This document shows, one piece after another, positions 19,986 through 29,100 of a stretch of 64,000 nucleotides of DNA (within the stretch, counting starts at the first letter, position 1; each line of letters starts with the position of its first letter). The notes beneath the pieces are model-generated. The model saw nothing but the letters and a program-made list of their open reading frames with translations. It made no database searches and was not told where the DNA came from. Source of the DNA: a virus; IMG/VR virus record IMGVR_UViG_3300028833_000010. One strand, written 5' to 3'. Both the position numbers and the translations under genes were made by a program.

Positions 19986-21351
19986 TGATAGATTAGCAAG
20001 CAACTTTATTGTTGAGCTTCTTGCAGCTGCTTTAGAGAAAAGAACAGTATTTGAAATTGTAAGACAATACTTGAAATTCTCTTATTTGCAAATTGAAAGT
20101 GAGAAGAAACTGTGGCAATGGGTTACAAAAAGATATGACCTAACAGGTAAGGTTCCAACTATTGGTCAAATTCAACAACAATTCCAAGATGATGAAAATG
20201 TATTAGAGAAGCTTGAAGAGATTGACGATGTAGAAATTGACGAGCAAGGCGGTCATGATATGATTATTGATACTTTCGAGAAGTTCATCAAGAAGATGAA
20301 ATTTTTGGAAGCTAATGACAAGATTGCTGATTTATATAATCAAGGTAAGAAAGAACAATCTTGGGACATGTTCGTCAAATACGCTGAAGACTTTTCCAAA
20401 TTCTCTATTCAGTCTGCTAAGTTTGAAACTGTATTTGGAGACTTTGCGGAACGTCAGGCGAAAAGAAGAAGTGATGATTGGCAGTTTCGTTATAAAATAC
20501 CAACTGGTATTGATGAAATAGATTATCGGTTGGGCGGTGAGAATGGCGGTCCAGAGACTGGTGAGTGTGTTCTTTGGTTAGGAGATTCAGGAGCTGGTAA
20601 AAGTCAGGTTCTGGTTTCTGTAGGCATATCTGCTGCCCGACAAGGGTTCAGAGTAGCACACTTTCAGTTAGAAGGCACAAAAGAACAGTGTTTAAATAGA
20701 TATGATGCTGCTTGGACAGGTACGTTGTATCAGGATGTTAAACTTGGTAACATTACTGCCAAGAAGATGGAGGTGACCAAGCGCATTATCAAGAAGTTGA
20801 GAAAGAGTGATATCATAGTAAGTTCCGAGGAAACATTTAATGCTAAGACTTTGCCTGATGTTAGGAGAGAAGTCAAGGAAATGGAGAAAACTTATGGTAA
20901 GATTGATGTAATTGTAATAGACTATTTGGAGTTATTGGAAGTGGGTGACGGTCATAACTATACACCTAATGAAGAGCGTTTCAGACAAGCAAAACTTGCA
21001 AAAGGTATGAAGATGCTTGCTATGGAGTTTAATGCTGTAGTTCATACCGCTACTCAGTCAAGTAGTATTGGAGAGGAGCAAAAGAACGACCCAGAGTTTG
21101 TAATCACACGTGCTCAACTCAGCGAAGATAAAGGAAAAATCCGTCCATTCGACATCTTTGTTACTATTAATCAAACACGTGATGAAGCAAAAGAAGAGAT
21201 TATGCGACTTCATACTGATAAGCTACGAGACTACAAGAATGGTGACCCAATTCACATCTGTAATAATTTTGCTTATGCACGCTTCTACGACCGCAAGCGT
21301 ACTATGAACACCGACTGGGATGAATATGAAACAAACAGCAAGGAAGATTGA
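19975..21351 (+). CDS. DnaB-like replicative helicase (RecA-fold hexameric helicase)
   Basis: Walker A GDSGAGKSQ, Walker B VIVIDYLELL, and a typical DnaB-family C-terminal domain pattern. Confidence 0.7.
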   Translation: MANSDRLASNFIVELLAAALEKRTVFEIVRQYLKFSYLQIESEKKLWQWVTKRYDLTGKVPTIGQIQQQFQDDENVLEKLEEIDDVEIDEQGGHDMIIDTFEKFIKKMKFLEANDKIADLYNQGKKEQSWDMFVKYAEDFSKFSIQSAKFETVFGDFAERQAKRRSDDWQFRYKIPTGIDEIDYRLGGENGGPETGECVLWLGDSGAGKSQVLVSVGISAARQGFRVAHFQLEGTKEQCLNRYDAAWTGTLYQDVKLGNITAKKMEVTKRIIKKLRKSDIIVSSEETFNAKTLPDVRREVKEMEKTYGKIDVIVIDYLELLEVGDGHNYTPNEERFRQAKLAKGMKMLAMEFNAVVHTATQSSSIGEEQKNDPEFVITRAQLSEDKGKIRPFDIFVTINQTRDEAKEEIMRLHTDKLRDYKNGDPIHICNNFAYARFYDRKRTMNTDWDEYETNSKED

Positions 21352-22300
21352 TGATGCTGACCTTCGTGATTTGTTAATCAATCCGAAGTTAAACCGAAGA
21401 GGACAATACATTTGCGATTGTCCTTTTTGTGGTAAAGAAAAGCATTTTTATATATCACGTCAAACTCAGCTTTGGGATTGCAAGAAGTGTGGCGAACATG
21501 GAAGTATTTACAAACTTCTCAAACAGCTGGACAAAACTTATCTATTAGGTGGCGCAACAGTTGAGATTAGAGATACTATTCAGAGCCTTCGTAATATAGT
21601 TGCTGAAAGCATAGAGGATGATGAGGTGACGTTAAAGGAGTTGCCTGTTATAAAGATGCCTGTGGGATGGAAAGTGTCCGTAGCAAGCACGAAATATCTA
21701 TTGGGACGCAGAATAACACCTGCTGATTGTAAGCGTTATAACATAGGAGCTACTGATTTATATCGGAAATATCAAAACTATGTATTGGTACCAATTTACG
21801 ATGGTGGAAAGATACGAGGTTTTTTGGGACGTTATGGAGCTAAGAAAGTTCCTTCAAACCGATTAAGATACAATAACAGTGTTGGTACTGAGTTCTCTGA
21901 GCTTTTGTTTGGATATGACGAAATAACTAAGAACACCACAACTGTTATATTAGTAGAAGGAATTTTTGACAAGATAGCGGTTGACAAAGTTCTTCACTTA
22001 TGGGAGGGAGAGGACATAAAATGCGTTTGTACATTCGGTAAGAAAATCAGTCCAGCGCAATCTAAAAAGTTAATGATAAAGGGGGTCACAAATGTCATAT
22101 TGTTATATGATTTTGACGCTATCAAAGATATCAAAAAGTATGGCTTGGAACTGGAAAATAACTTTGTTACAAGTATTACATATACAAGTGCTAAAAAAGA
22201 TATTGACGAATGTACGGAGCAAGAAGCATTGGAAGTTTTCACCCACCTTCAGAAACCGAGAGAGTTCAACGAGGATGTAATTGGTAAATTAAAGAAGTGA
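21320..22300 (+). CDS. DNA primase (zinc-binding domain plus TOPRIM)
   Basis: Zinc motif CDCPFCGKEKHF...CKKCGEHG. TOPRIM residues VILVEGIFDKI and ILLYDFDA. Confidence 0.7.
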   Translation: MNMKQTARKIDDADLRDLLINPKLNRRGQYICDCPFCGKEKHFYISRQTQLWDCKKCGEHGSIYKLLKQLDKTYLLGGATVEIRDTIQSLRNIVAESIEDDEVTLKELPVIKMPVGWKVSVASTKYLLGRRITPADCKRYNIGATDLYRKYQNYVLVPIYDGGKIRGFLGRYGAKKVPSNRLRYNNSVGTEFSELLFGYDEITKNTTTVILVEGIFDKIAVDKVLHLWEGEDIKCVCTFGKKISPAQSKKLMIKGVTNVILLYDFDAIKDIKKYGLELENNFVTSITYTSAKKDIDECTEQEALEVFTHLQKPREFNEDVIGKLKK

Positions 22301-22305
22301 CGAAT

Positions 22306-22734
22306 ATGGATAAGACAAGAAACTTATCAGTAGCAGAATACTTCTCTGTGATACAGAAAGAGTATTTGATTGCTGAATTTAGAAAAAAGATATATTACAA
22401 CCCAAAAGATAAGGCATATTATCAAAGGGTAATGACGCACAAAGCTAAGAAGATAAACGACATTGCTAAACGCAATCGTTTAGATAGTATTCTGAATAAT
22501 TCCAGTAAGTTAGAAGAGGTGAGAAGCGAGCTGTTTGATAAACTTGGTAAACCTAAGTTTGAATTAAATGAGCTTGATGTTAAAAATTATTACGCCATTG
22601 GTAATGAGTTTTCGTTCAGGGGAGGTATATGGATTTTGGACCAAGTTAAGTCCGATGGAACATTGACGCTTTATTCTGCAAAGCTACAAGAATACGAAGA
22701 TGTTAATAAAGATGACGTATGTCGGATATTGTAG
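22306..22734 (+). CDS. Hypothetical protein
   Basis: ORF following the primase. The start could be ATG 22306 or the GTG at 22297, which overlaps the primase stop. Confidence 0.4.
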   Translation: MDKTRNLSVAEYFSVIQKEYLIAEFRKKIYYNPKDKAYYQRVMTHKAKKINDIAKRNRLDSILNNSSKLEEVRSELFDKLGKPKFELNELDVKNYYAIGNEFSFRGGIWILDQVKSDGTLTLYSAKLQEYEDVNKDDVCRIL

Positions 22735-22768
22735 AAAATATAATTTGTTATTTATCTAATAAATCATT

Positions 22769-22818
22769 GGGTTTGTCTGGGGTTTTGATTAATAAAAGTT
22801 AAACCTTTAGACAAACCC
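22769..22818 (+). terminator. Long hairpin ending the helicase-primase unit
   Basis: GGGTTTGTCT (22769-22778) pairs with AGACAAACCC (22809-22818), with an inner GGTTT/AAACC pairing. Confidence 0.6.
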
Positions 22819-22837
22819 AAAATTTCTTCCTTTTTTA

Positions 22838-22871
22838 TTTTGCCGATACAAAAATACTTCTTATCTTCGTA
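22838..22871 (+). promoter_or_regulatory. Class-1 promoter copy P1 (TTTTGCCG - 16 nt - TATCTTCGTA)
   Basis: TTTG ends at 22842 and TATCTTCG begins at 22862, a 19-nt gap. This fits the Bacteroidota -33 TTTG / -7 TAnnTTTG architecture. It is near-identical to four other copies. Confidence 0.6.
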
Positions 22872-22901
22872 TCGGAATTGTAAATCAAATCGTAAATCGC
22901 A

Positions 22902-23546
22902 ATGGGACAAAAGATGAAAATGTCAGAAAAACTCTATTATAGATATGAATATCTTGCGAAGAAGTACGCATCTAAGATATTCTCATATGAAGAACTGTCC
23001 TTTGAATTTGAGGACTTGGTTCAGGAGTTTCGCTTGAAAATCTTTACTTCCATAAAATCATACGGCAAGAGATGGGCCAAATATCGGAGAAACGAAGCAT
23101 CAAAGCCAGTACCAATCCGATTTTATTTAGAAGCTGCTTGTTCAAACAAGTCCAGAGATTTTATGAAGTATATAAACAGAGAGAGCTACAAAACCAGAAT
23201 TGATGAAATCAATTTTGATTATGGCATCGAAGAAGATACACAAATTTCTCCTGAATCAAACAAGTTTGTACTTAATGGAGTAGATTTGTTAGAAGGATTG
23301 ACGGGCAAAGAAAGAGTTATATTTTCACTTTTCTTGCGAGGTTACAATACAAAAATTCTTAACAAAGTTTATTTTAACAACGAGTCAGAGAAACGAGCAA
23401 GAAAGGAAATCTTGGACAATGATGATGAACCAATTGGAGTAGCAGATATAATAAATTTGCAAAAAAGTTACCTGATTCAGAAATATGGTAACGAATTGCT
23501 ACAACAAAAAAAAGTATTTTCAACTTACAGTTTCGATGAAGAGTAA
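22902..23546 (+). CDS. Sigma-70-family (ECF-like, region 2 + region 4) factor candidate
   Basis: Region-2-like FEDLVQEFRLKIF...RFYLEAACSNKSRDFMK and region-4-like LTGKERVIFSLFLRGYNTKIL. It is the first gene after promoter P1. Confidence 0.45.
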   Translation: MGQKMKMSEKLYYRYEYLAKKYASKIFSYEELSFEFEDLVQEFRLKIFTSIKSYGKRWAKYRRNEASKPVPIRFYLEAACSNKSRDFMKYINRESYKTRIDEINFDYGIEEDTQISPESNKFVLNGVDLLEGLTGKERVIFSLFLRGYNTKILNKVYFNNESEKRARKEILDNDDEPIGVADIINLQKSYLIQKYGNELLQQKKVFSTYSFDEE

Positions 23547-23589
23547 TAAACAATTTAACAAAAATAGTAATCATTAAAATCGTAAAACA

Positions 23590-24825
23590 ATGGCAACGAA
23601 AATGAATGCAGCAACAGAAAAAAGAGTGAAGGCATTAAAGATTAATGCAAAGAACGAAGAAGAAGCACGTGAAAAACTTCTTGAAATCTTGGTAGAAAAC
23701 GGAATTGAAGGCATGGAGGAAGAGGAAACAGACACCCTTCTGGACATTGCTGAATCCTTCGTAGAAGACAACAACTCAGGCGATGATGAAAAGACCGAAG
23801 AGGAAGAAAACGATGAACTTGCCGATGAAGTTGAAGAAGAGGAGGATGAAAAACCGAAGAAACCTGCCAAAAAGGCTTCTAAGAAAGTTGAAGAGCCTGA
23901 AGATGAGGAGGAAGAGGAAGAAGAGCCTGAAGATGAGGAGGAAGAGGAGCCTGAGGATGAAGAGGAAGAAGCTGATGAGTTCACAGAAATGGACAGAACA
24001 GAGCTGAAAGCCTACATCAAGGACAACGAGTTGGACATCACTGTTAAGAAGTCTATGACTGACGATGATATTCGTGACCTTATTCGTGCTGAAGTTGGAG
24101 AAGAAAAGGAAGAGGAAGAGAAGCCTGCTCCTAAGTCAAAGGCAAGTACGAAAACCTCTGAAAAAGTAGCTCCGAAGAAAGAGGATAAGAAAGCTGCCAC
24201 TGCTAAGAAGGCTGAGAAGAAGGAAACGAAACCTACTGCCGGCAAACGTGGAACGAAACTTGACCCTAAAAACAATGAAGATGACCGCAAAGCGTTCGCA
24301 CCATTGAAGAAGTTGTTCCCTGAAAGTGAGTACGCATATGCTTGGGTAGCGAGTGCGGGTGTAACTATCAAACATAAGGGCAAAAACTCTCAGCGTTCTA
24401 TGGTTCTTATTGAGAACTGTTCAAAACAGGATGACGGCTCTATCAAGTGTAACTTGTATCTGTTAACCTTCACGAAACAGACCGAAGTGCTGGACAAAGC
24501 AGGTATTGATTACGAGCCTTGCTGGAGTGGAGCACCGCTTATTAAGGGCATTACTCTTTCTGAAGCTATTGAAATCATTACTGAACTCATGGAATATATT
24601 ACGACAACTGTTCAGAAAATCGACAAGAAGCTGGGTGAAAACCGCAAGAAGATGGAAGAGAACTTGACCAAAAAGGCTTCTAAGAAAGTTGAAGAGCCTG
24701 AAGATGAGGAGGAAGAGGAAGAAGAGCCTGAAGAGGAGGAGGAAGAAGAGGATGAAGCACCAGCTCCAAAAAAGAAAGTTGCTTCAAAATCAGCTCCTGC
24801 TAAAAAGACTACCAAGAAGAAATAA
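23590..24825 (+). CDS. Poly-acidic/poly-basic protein with an HeH (SAP/Rho-N-like) motif and a globular central domain
   Basis: 411 aa. Poly-Glu tracts (EEEEEEEPEDEEEEE) occur twice, with Lys/Ala-rich tracts and the motif MDRTELKAYIKDNELDITVKKSMTDDDIRDLIRAEV. Coding is intact through the low-complexity parts. Confidence 0.6.
   Translation: MATKMNAATEKRVKALKINAKNEEEAREKLLEILVENGIEGMEEEETDTLLDIAESFVEDNNSGDDEKTEEEENDELADEVEEEEDEKPKKPAKKASKKVEEPEDEEEEEEEPEDEEEEEPEDEEEEADEFTEMDRTELKAYIKDNELDITVKKSMTDDDIRDLIRAEVGEEKEEEEKPAPKSKASTKTSEKVAPKKEDKKAATAKKAEKKETKPTAGKRGTKLDPKNNEDDRKAFAPLKKLFPESEYAYAWVASAGVTIKHKGKNSQRSMVLIENCSKQDDGSIKCNLYLLTFTKQTEVLDKAGIDYEPCWSGAPLIKGITLSEAIEIITELMEYITTTVQKIDKKLGENRKKMEENLTKKASKKVEEPEDEEEEEEEPEEEEEEEDEAPAPKKKVASKSAPAKKTTKKK
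23868..23933 (+). repeat. 66-nt perfect direct repeat, copy 1 (copy 2 at 24669-24734)
   Basis: An identical 66-nt string encoding KKASKKVEEPEDEEEEEEEPE. The copies are 801 nt apart, which keeps them in frame. Confidence 0.85.
24669..24734 (+). repeat. 66-nt perfect direct repeat, copy 2
   Basis: Identical to 23868-23933. Confidence 0.85.
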
Positions 24826-24852
24826 ACCTGATTGGTAATCAATAGAGAAGAA

Positions 24853-24885
24853 GGAGAGCATGTTGAGTGTTCTCCTTTCTTTTTA
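24853..24885 (+). terminator. Intrinsic terminator
   Basis: GGAGAGCA pairs with TGTTCTCC and is followed by a TTTCTTTTT tract. Confidence 0.6.
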
Positions 24886-24938
24886 TACAAAGTTTATAAT
24901 GGAGAACGATAATAATAAAATTCAAATAAATAATTGAT

Positions 24939-26180
24939 ATGAGTATTCCGAGTAACAATGTTTACGTTCCTGAGTTAGGAGTAGCAAAAACAGACACCTT
25001 TGCAGCGTTGTACCCTGCTATAAATTACTACCTGTTCACCCAGAAGGACTACGAGCCGAGCCGTGATGGAGAGGTTAAGGAGGTGCTTGATTTTAAGACG
25101 CAGTTGACCAATCCTTATCGTAGATGTGTAGGTGGTTATGAGCGTGATATAAATGTGTTCTTTTTGTTGGCTGAAGCGATGTGGATAGCAATGGGAAGGA
25201 AAGATGTTCATTTCTTGACTTTGTTCAATAAGAAGATGGCAGACTTTTCAGATGACGGGGAAACATTCCACGCTCCTTATGGTTATCGGTTACGTCATTG
25301 GGGCATTCGTACAGAAGATAAGTTTGTAAAAGATAATTTGGATGCAAGTAAGGGGTATGACCAAGTGATAGATGCTATCAAGATATTATCTGAAAATCCA
25401 AACAGTCGTCAGGTAGTTATGGAGATTTGGAATCCAAACTTTGACTTGGGATACAAAACTAAAGATATTCCATGTAATGATATAGTGATGTTGAAAATAC
25501 GAGAAGGAAAGCTCATCACTACTATCGGAAACCGAAGCAATGACCTTCATTGGGGATTGCCAACAAACATATTCCAATTCAGCTTTTTGACTGAGCTTAT
25601 AGCAGGAGCATTGGGAGTAAAACTTGGAACACAAACTCATAATTCTCAAAGTCTGCATATATACGAGTGGAATAAGATTGCTAAAACAATGAGCGACTTG
25701 TATGTTGAACAAAAAGGCGGTGGTTCTGTTATCGGGAATATGTATGATGATTGCGGTGCTCAAGAGCGTAGAATAGATTTCAACTTCAGCCATGAAGTAG
25801 CCGTCAATCGTTTCCGTGAAATTGAATACAATCTTCAAATCATTATTGATAACCTCATACGAGTATCAGAGGGAGAAGAGCCGATTGAGGCTGAAATCCA
25901 GCAGTTAGCAAACTTTTCTAACTATCTGTATAACTCTTATCTACTTTTGAAGATATATTTGGAATACAAGCTGAAAATGACTATTCTCAAAACTCCTGAC
26001 GAGAAAGATGTAGCACGTCATACCGCTATTTCTGAAATTGAAGTCTTGGAAGCTCATATGGAGGATAATAGCGGAACAGGAGTAATGGGCTACAATTGGG
26101 ATATATCTATGCTTGCAAAGAACTTCTTTGCCGCAAGGTTATCTAAAAAAGTGGAACATGAATATCTTGGTAAGCTATGA
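24939..26180 (+). CDS. ThyA-fold enzyme: thymidylate synthase or dUMP hydroxymethylase, with a ~130-aa C-terminal extension
   Basis: ThyA-family blocks: YGYRLRHW, DQV..AI..L..NPNSRQ, WNP, catalytic DIPCN, GNRSNDLHWGLPTNIFQFSFL, and HIY. Asn in the PTN block corresponds to the uracil-specifying Asn of ThyA. Confidence 0.7.
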   Translation: MSIPSNNVYVPELGVAKTDTFAALYPAINYYLFTQKDYEPSRDGEVKEVLDFKTQLTNPYRRCVGGYERDINVFFLLAEAMWIAMGRKDVHFLTLFNKKMADFSDDGETFHAPYGYRLRHWGIRTEDKFVKDNLDASKGYDQVIDAIKILSENPNSRQVVMEIWNPNFDLGYKTKDIPCNDIVMLKIREGKLITTIGNRSNDLHWGLPTNIFQFSFLTELIAGALGVKLGTQTHNSQSLHIYEWNKIAKTMSDLYVEQKGGGSVIGNMYDDCGAQERRIDFNFSHEVAVNRFREIEYNLQIIIDNLIRVSEGEEPIEAEIQQLANFSNYLYNSYLLLKIYLEYKLKMTILKTPDEKDVARHTAISEIEVLEAHMEDNSGTGVMGYNWDISMLAKNFFAARLSKKVEHEYLGKL

Positions 26181-29100
26181 CAGAAACATTAGCAAAGTGG
26201 TTAGAAGAGAACAAGATGACAGTATCGGAGTCAGAATTGGATGGCTCCGATATTATTACCATAGATGAGATTGGTACATTTCTTTATCTTCAACCATTTG
26301 ATGGTAAAATAATTGATGAAGATTTTGCCTTTATCCTTTCAGACGAGGAGTTTGATGTATTGGATGAAAAGAAGGTAAACTACATATTATTTGAATTTGG
26401 AGGCAAATTCTATTATTCAGGCATTAAGAAAGATAAAAATCGTTACAATGAATTAGTATTCAAACCAGAGTTCAATGATTTCAAATATCTGGGTAAAACG
26501 AGCGAGCCGAAAGTCATGGACTTCGTGCACTTGGGAGTACATTCGGAATATGAAATTATGAACGGCTCAGGCTCCTGTGAGCTTTGGGCGAAGAAGGCAA
26601 GTTTTATGGAATGTAAGGCAGTTGGTATTTGCGACAAGAATACCTTGGCTGGAGTTCTTTCGTTTCAGACCGCTTGCGAAAAAAAGAAAATCAAATCAAT
26701 AATTGGAGAAACTGTTACAGTAGCAGTTAATTACTCAGAAGATAAACAGAATCAAGAAACCTTTGAACTGAAGTTCTTTGTTTTGAACTACGAAGGTTGG
26801 AAGAATTTACTGCTCATCAATAAAGCTATAAATGTAGATTACAATGGTTTCATTCCTGATACGCTTCTTTATACGCTAGGTAAAGGACTTTGCTGCGTAG
26901 TGCCGAAGGAGAGTGAATTTAACTATGTAAAAGACGATAAGAAGGCTGCTGTAAAACTTATAGCAAAATACAAGAAAGTATTTGACAAAGTGTTCTATCA
27001 GATAGACACAGTTGAGTATGTTTCGCAACAACTATTCAGAAGACATCTTGAGAACATAGACACATATCTTTGTAATTATCGAAAGATGTTGAAACCTATC
27101 TTGATAAATGACTCCTATTATCTTGATGAGGAAGAAAGTGGGTTGAAGTCAATTCTCAATAAAGTAAACAACAAGGCTACACCAGAGTCAAATAACCAAT
27201 ACTTCAAGAGTGTAGCAGATACTATAAACTCTTATGAAGAATGGATTGATAACGTAGAGCCATTGTTTGAGGCAATTGTAACTGGTATAGAGAATGCTTC
27301 AAAGCTATCTGACTCCATAGACTTTCGGATAAATACAGGAGTGCGTAAACTGCCTCATTTTGAGGTTAAGGATGTTGAAGGTAAATTCTTTGAGGAGTTG
27401 GAGAAAGGCATCAATGAACGTCTTGGACACCTAAAACCGAAAGAGATGAATAAGTACATGAAGCAAATTGAAACCGAGTGTGCTGTAATAGTTCCGAATG
27501 GTTTGTGTGATTATTTCATGATACTTTGGGATATTATTAAATGGTGTCACGATAATGATATCAATGTGGGAACTGGACGTGGTTCAGTTTGCGGTAGTCT
27601 TGTTGCTTATTGTTTACATATTACTGAAGTTGACCCATTGAAATATGGATTGATGTTTGAGCGTTTCTTGAATGAAACACGTGTATCGGGAGAGCGTGCG
27701 AAGTCTGCTGACTCTATGCCTGATATTGACGTTGATTTTCCAACCGAGTTCCGTGATGCAGTTAAGGAGTATATCAAAAACAAATACGGATATGCCTACA
27801 CATGTAGCATAGGAACGTACACACGAATGAAGCTCAAAACTTGTATTAAAGACTTTGGAAAGGTTAAGGGACTTTCGTTTGATTTAACAAACAAACTTAC
27901 TAAGGATATTGACGACCAGATTGAATACACTTGGGGAGACTTGATTGAATACGCTTCAAAATCAAAACTTCTTTTCAAATTCGTTCAAGAAAACCCAGAG
28001 CTAGTTCATTTGACTAAATATGCCTTGCTACAGCCGAAAGCGGAGAGTGTTCACCCTTCTGCTGTTGTTATAGTGCCGAAGCATAGAGTTGATGGTAGCA
28101 ATGCCGAAATTGACTTATGGGAGTGGATGCCCGTCAAGAAGATTGATGGAGTATTAGTATCTGAGTGGGAAGGTAAATACATTGACAAATCAGGCTTCTT
28201 GAAGGAGGATATTCTTGGACTATCTCAACTTGATAAGTTTAAGAGTATCTTGACTTTGATAAAGAAAAACACTGGCAAGAACATAGATTTAAACAAGATA
28301 CCATTGGATGATGAAGCAACATTTCGATACTTCAAAAGAGGGTGGAATGAGGATGTGTTTCAGTTCGGTACCACTGGGCTGATGAACTATTGCCGACAGG
28401 TGAAACCTGATACGCTTGAAAACCTTGTGGCGATGTCGGCTCTTTTCAGACCTGGTCCAATGGAAATGAATGCTCATCAGGATTTTTGCGATATCAAAAA
28501 TGGCAAGAAAAAACCAACCTATGATTTTGGAATGGAAAACATAACTCACGAGACTTTTGGGTTGTATGTTTATCAGGAACAAATCATGAAAGCGGTTGTA
28601 GTAGGAGGATTGACCGAAGTGGAATCAGATGTACTGCGTACTACCATTAAAAAGAAAGACATCAAAACTCTAAGTTCATTTGGCGAAAAATTCAAGATTG
28701 GCTATACAAAGTTGCTTGAAAAGAATGGTATTGAGAAACCGAAGGAATATGCTGAACGTGTTTGGGATAAACTTCTTGCCTTCTCTGGTTATGGTTTCAA
28801 CAAGTCTCACGCTGTTGCTTACTCTTTAATATCTTATTGGAGTCAATGGTTGAAAGTGAACTATCCATTAGAGTTTTGGACAACGGCTCTTCAATTCTCC
28901 AAAGAGGGTGAAGTGCCATACCGACTTGCCGAGTTGAAGAAAACAGGAGTTGATGTTGAGATACGTCCACCTGATGTTAATTTCTCTGATATAAATTTCA
29001 CGTGTGACTCGAAAGAACAGCGTATCTTCTTTAGCTTGACAAAAATTAAAGGTGTAGGAGAGGTAGCAGTTCAGAATATCATGAATACAAGACGTGAGGG

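Noticed and set aside
23574-23984. 136-aa minus-strand ORF rich in Ser (SSSSSGSSSSS...). Similar Ser-rich minus-strand ORFs lie at 24612..24890 and 32088..32609.
   Set aside because: They are the antisense reading of GAA/GAG/GAT-rich poly-acidic tracts of + strand genes; antisense GAA and GAG read as TTC and CTC, and shifted frames give TCT/TCC Ser codons. They are low-complexity, have no independent signals, and lie wholly inside better-supported + strand genes.
25386-25838. Other sizeable minus-strand ORFs: 25386..25838, 38831..39265, 52224..52667, 52397..52717, 55808..56278, 56044..56454 and 56597..56953.
   Set aside because: Each is fully embedded in a + strand gene with recognisable enzyme motifs (ThyA-like, UvrD-like, HU, terminase, dUTPase). 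In AT-rich DNA, long antisense ORFs arise by chance. None has flanking promoter or terminator signals in the minus orientation.
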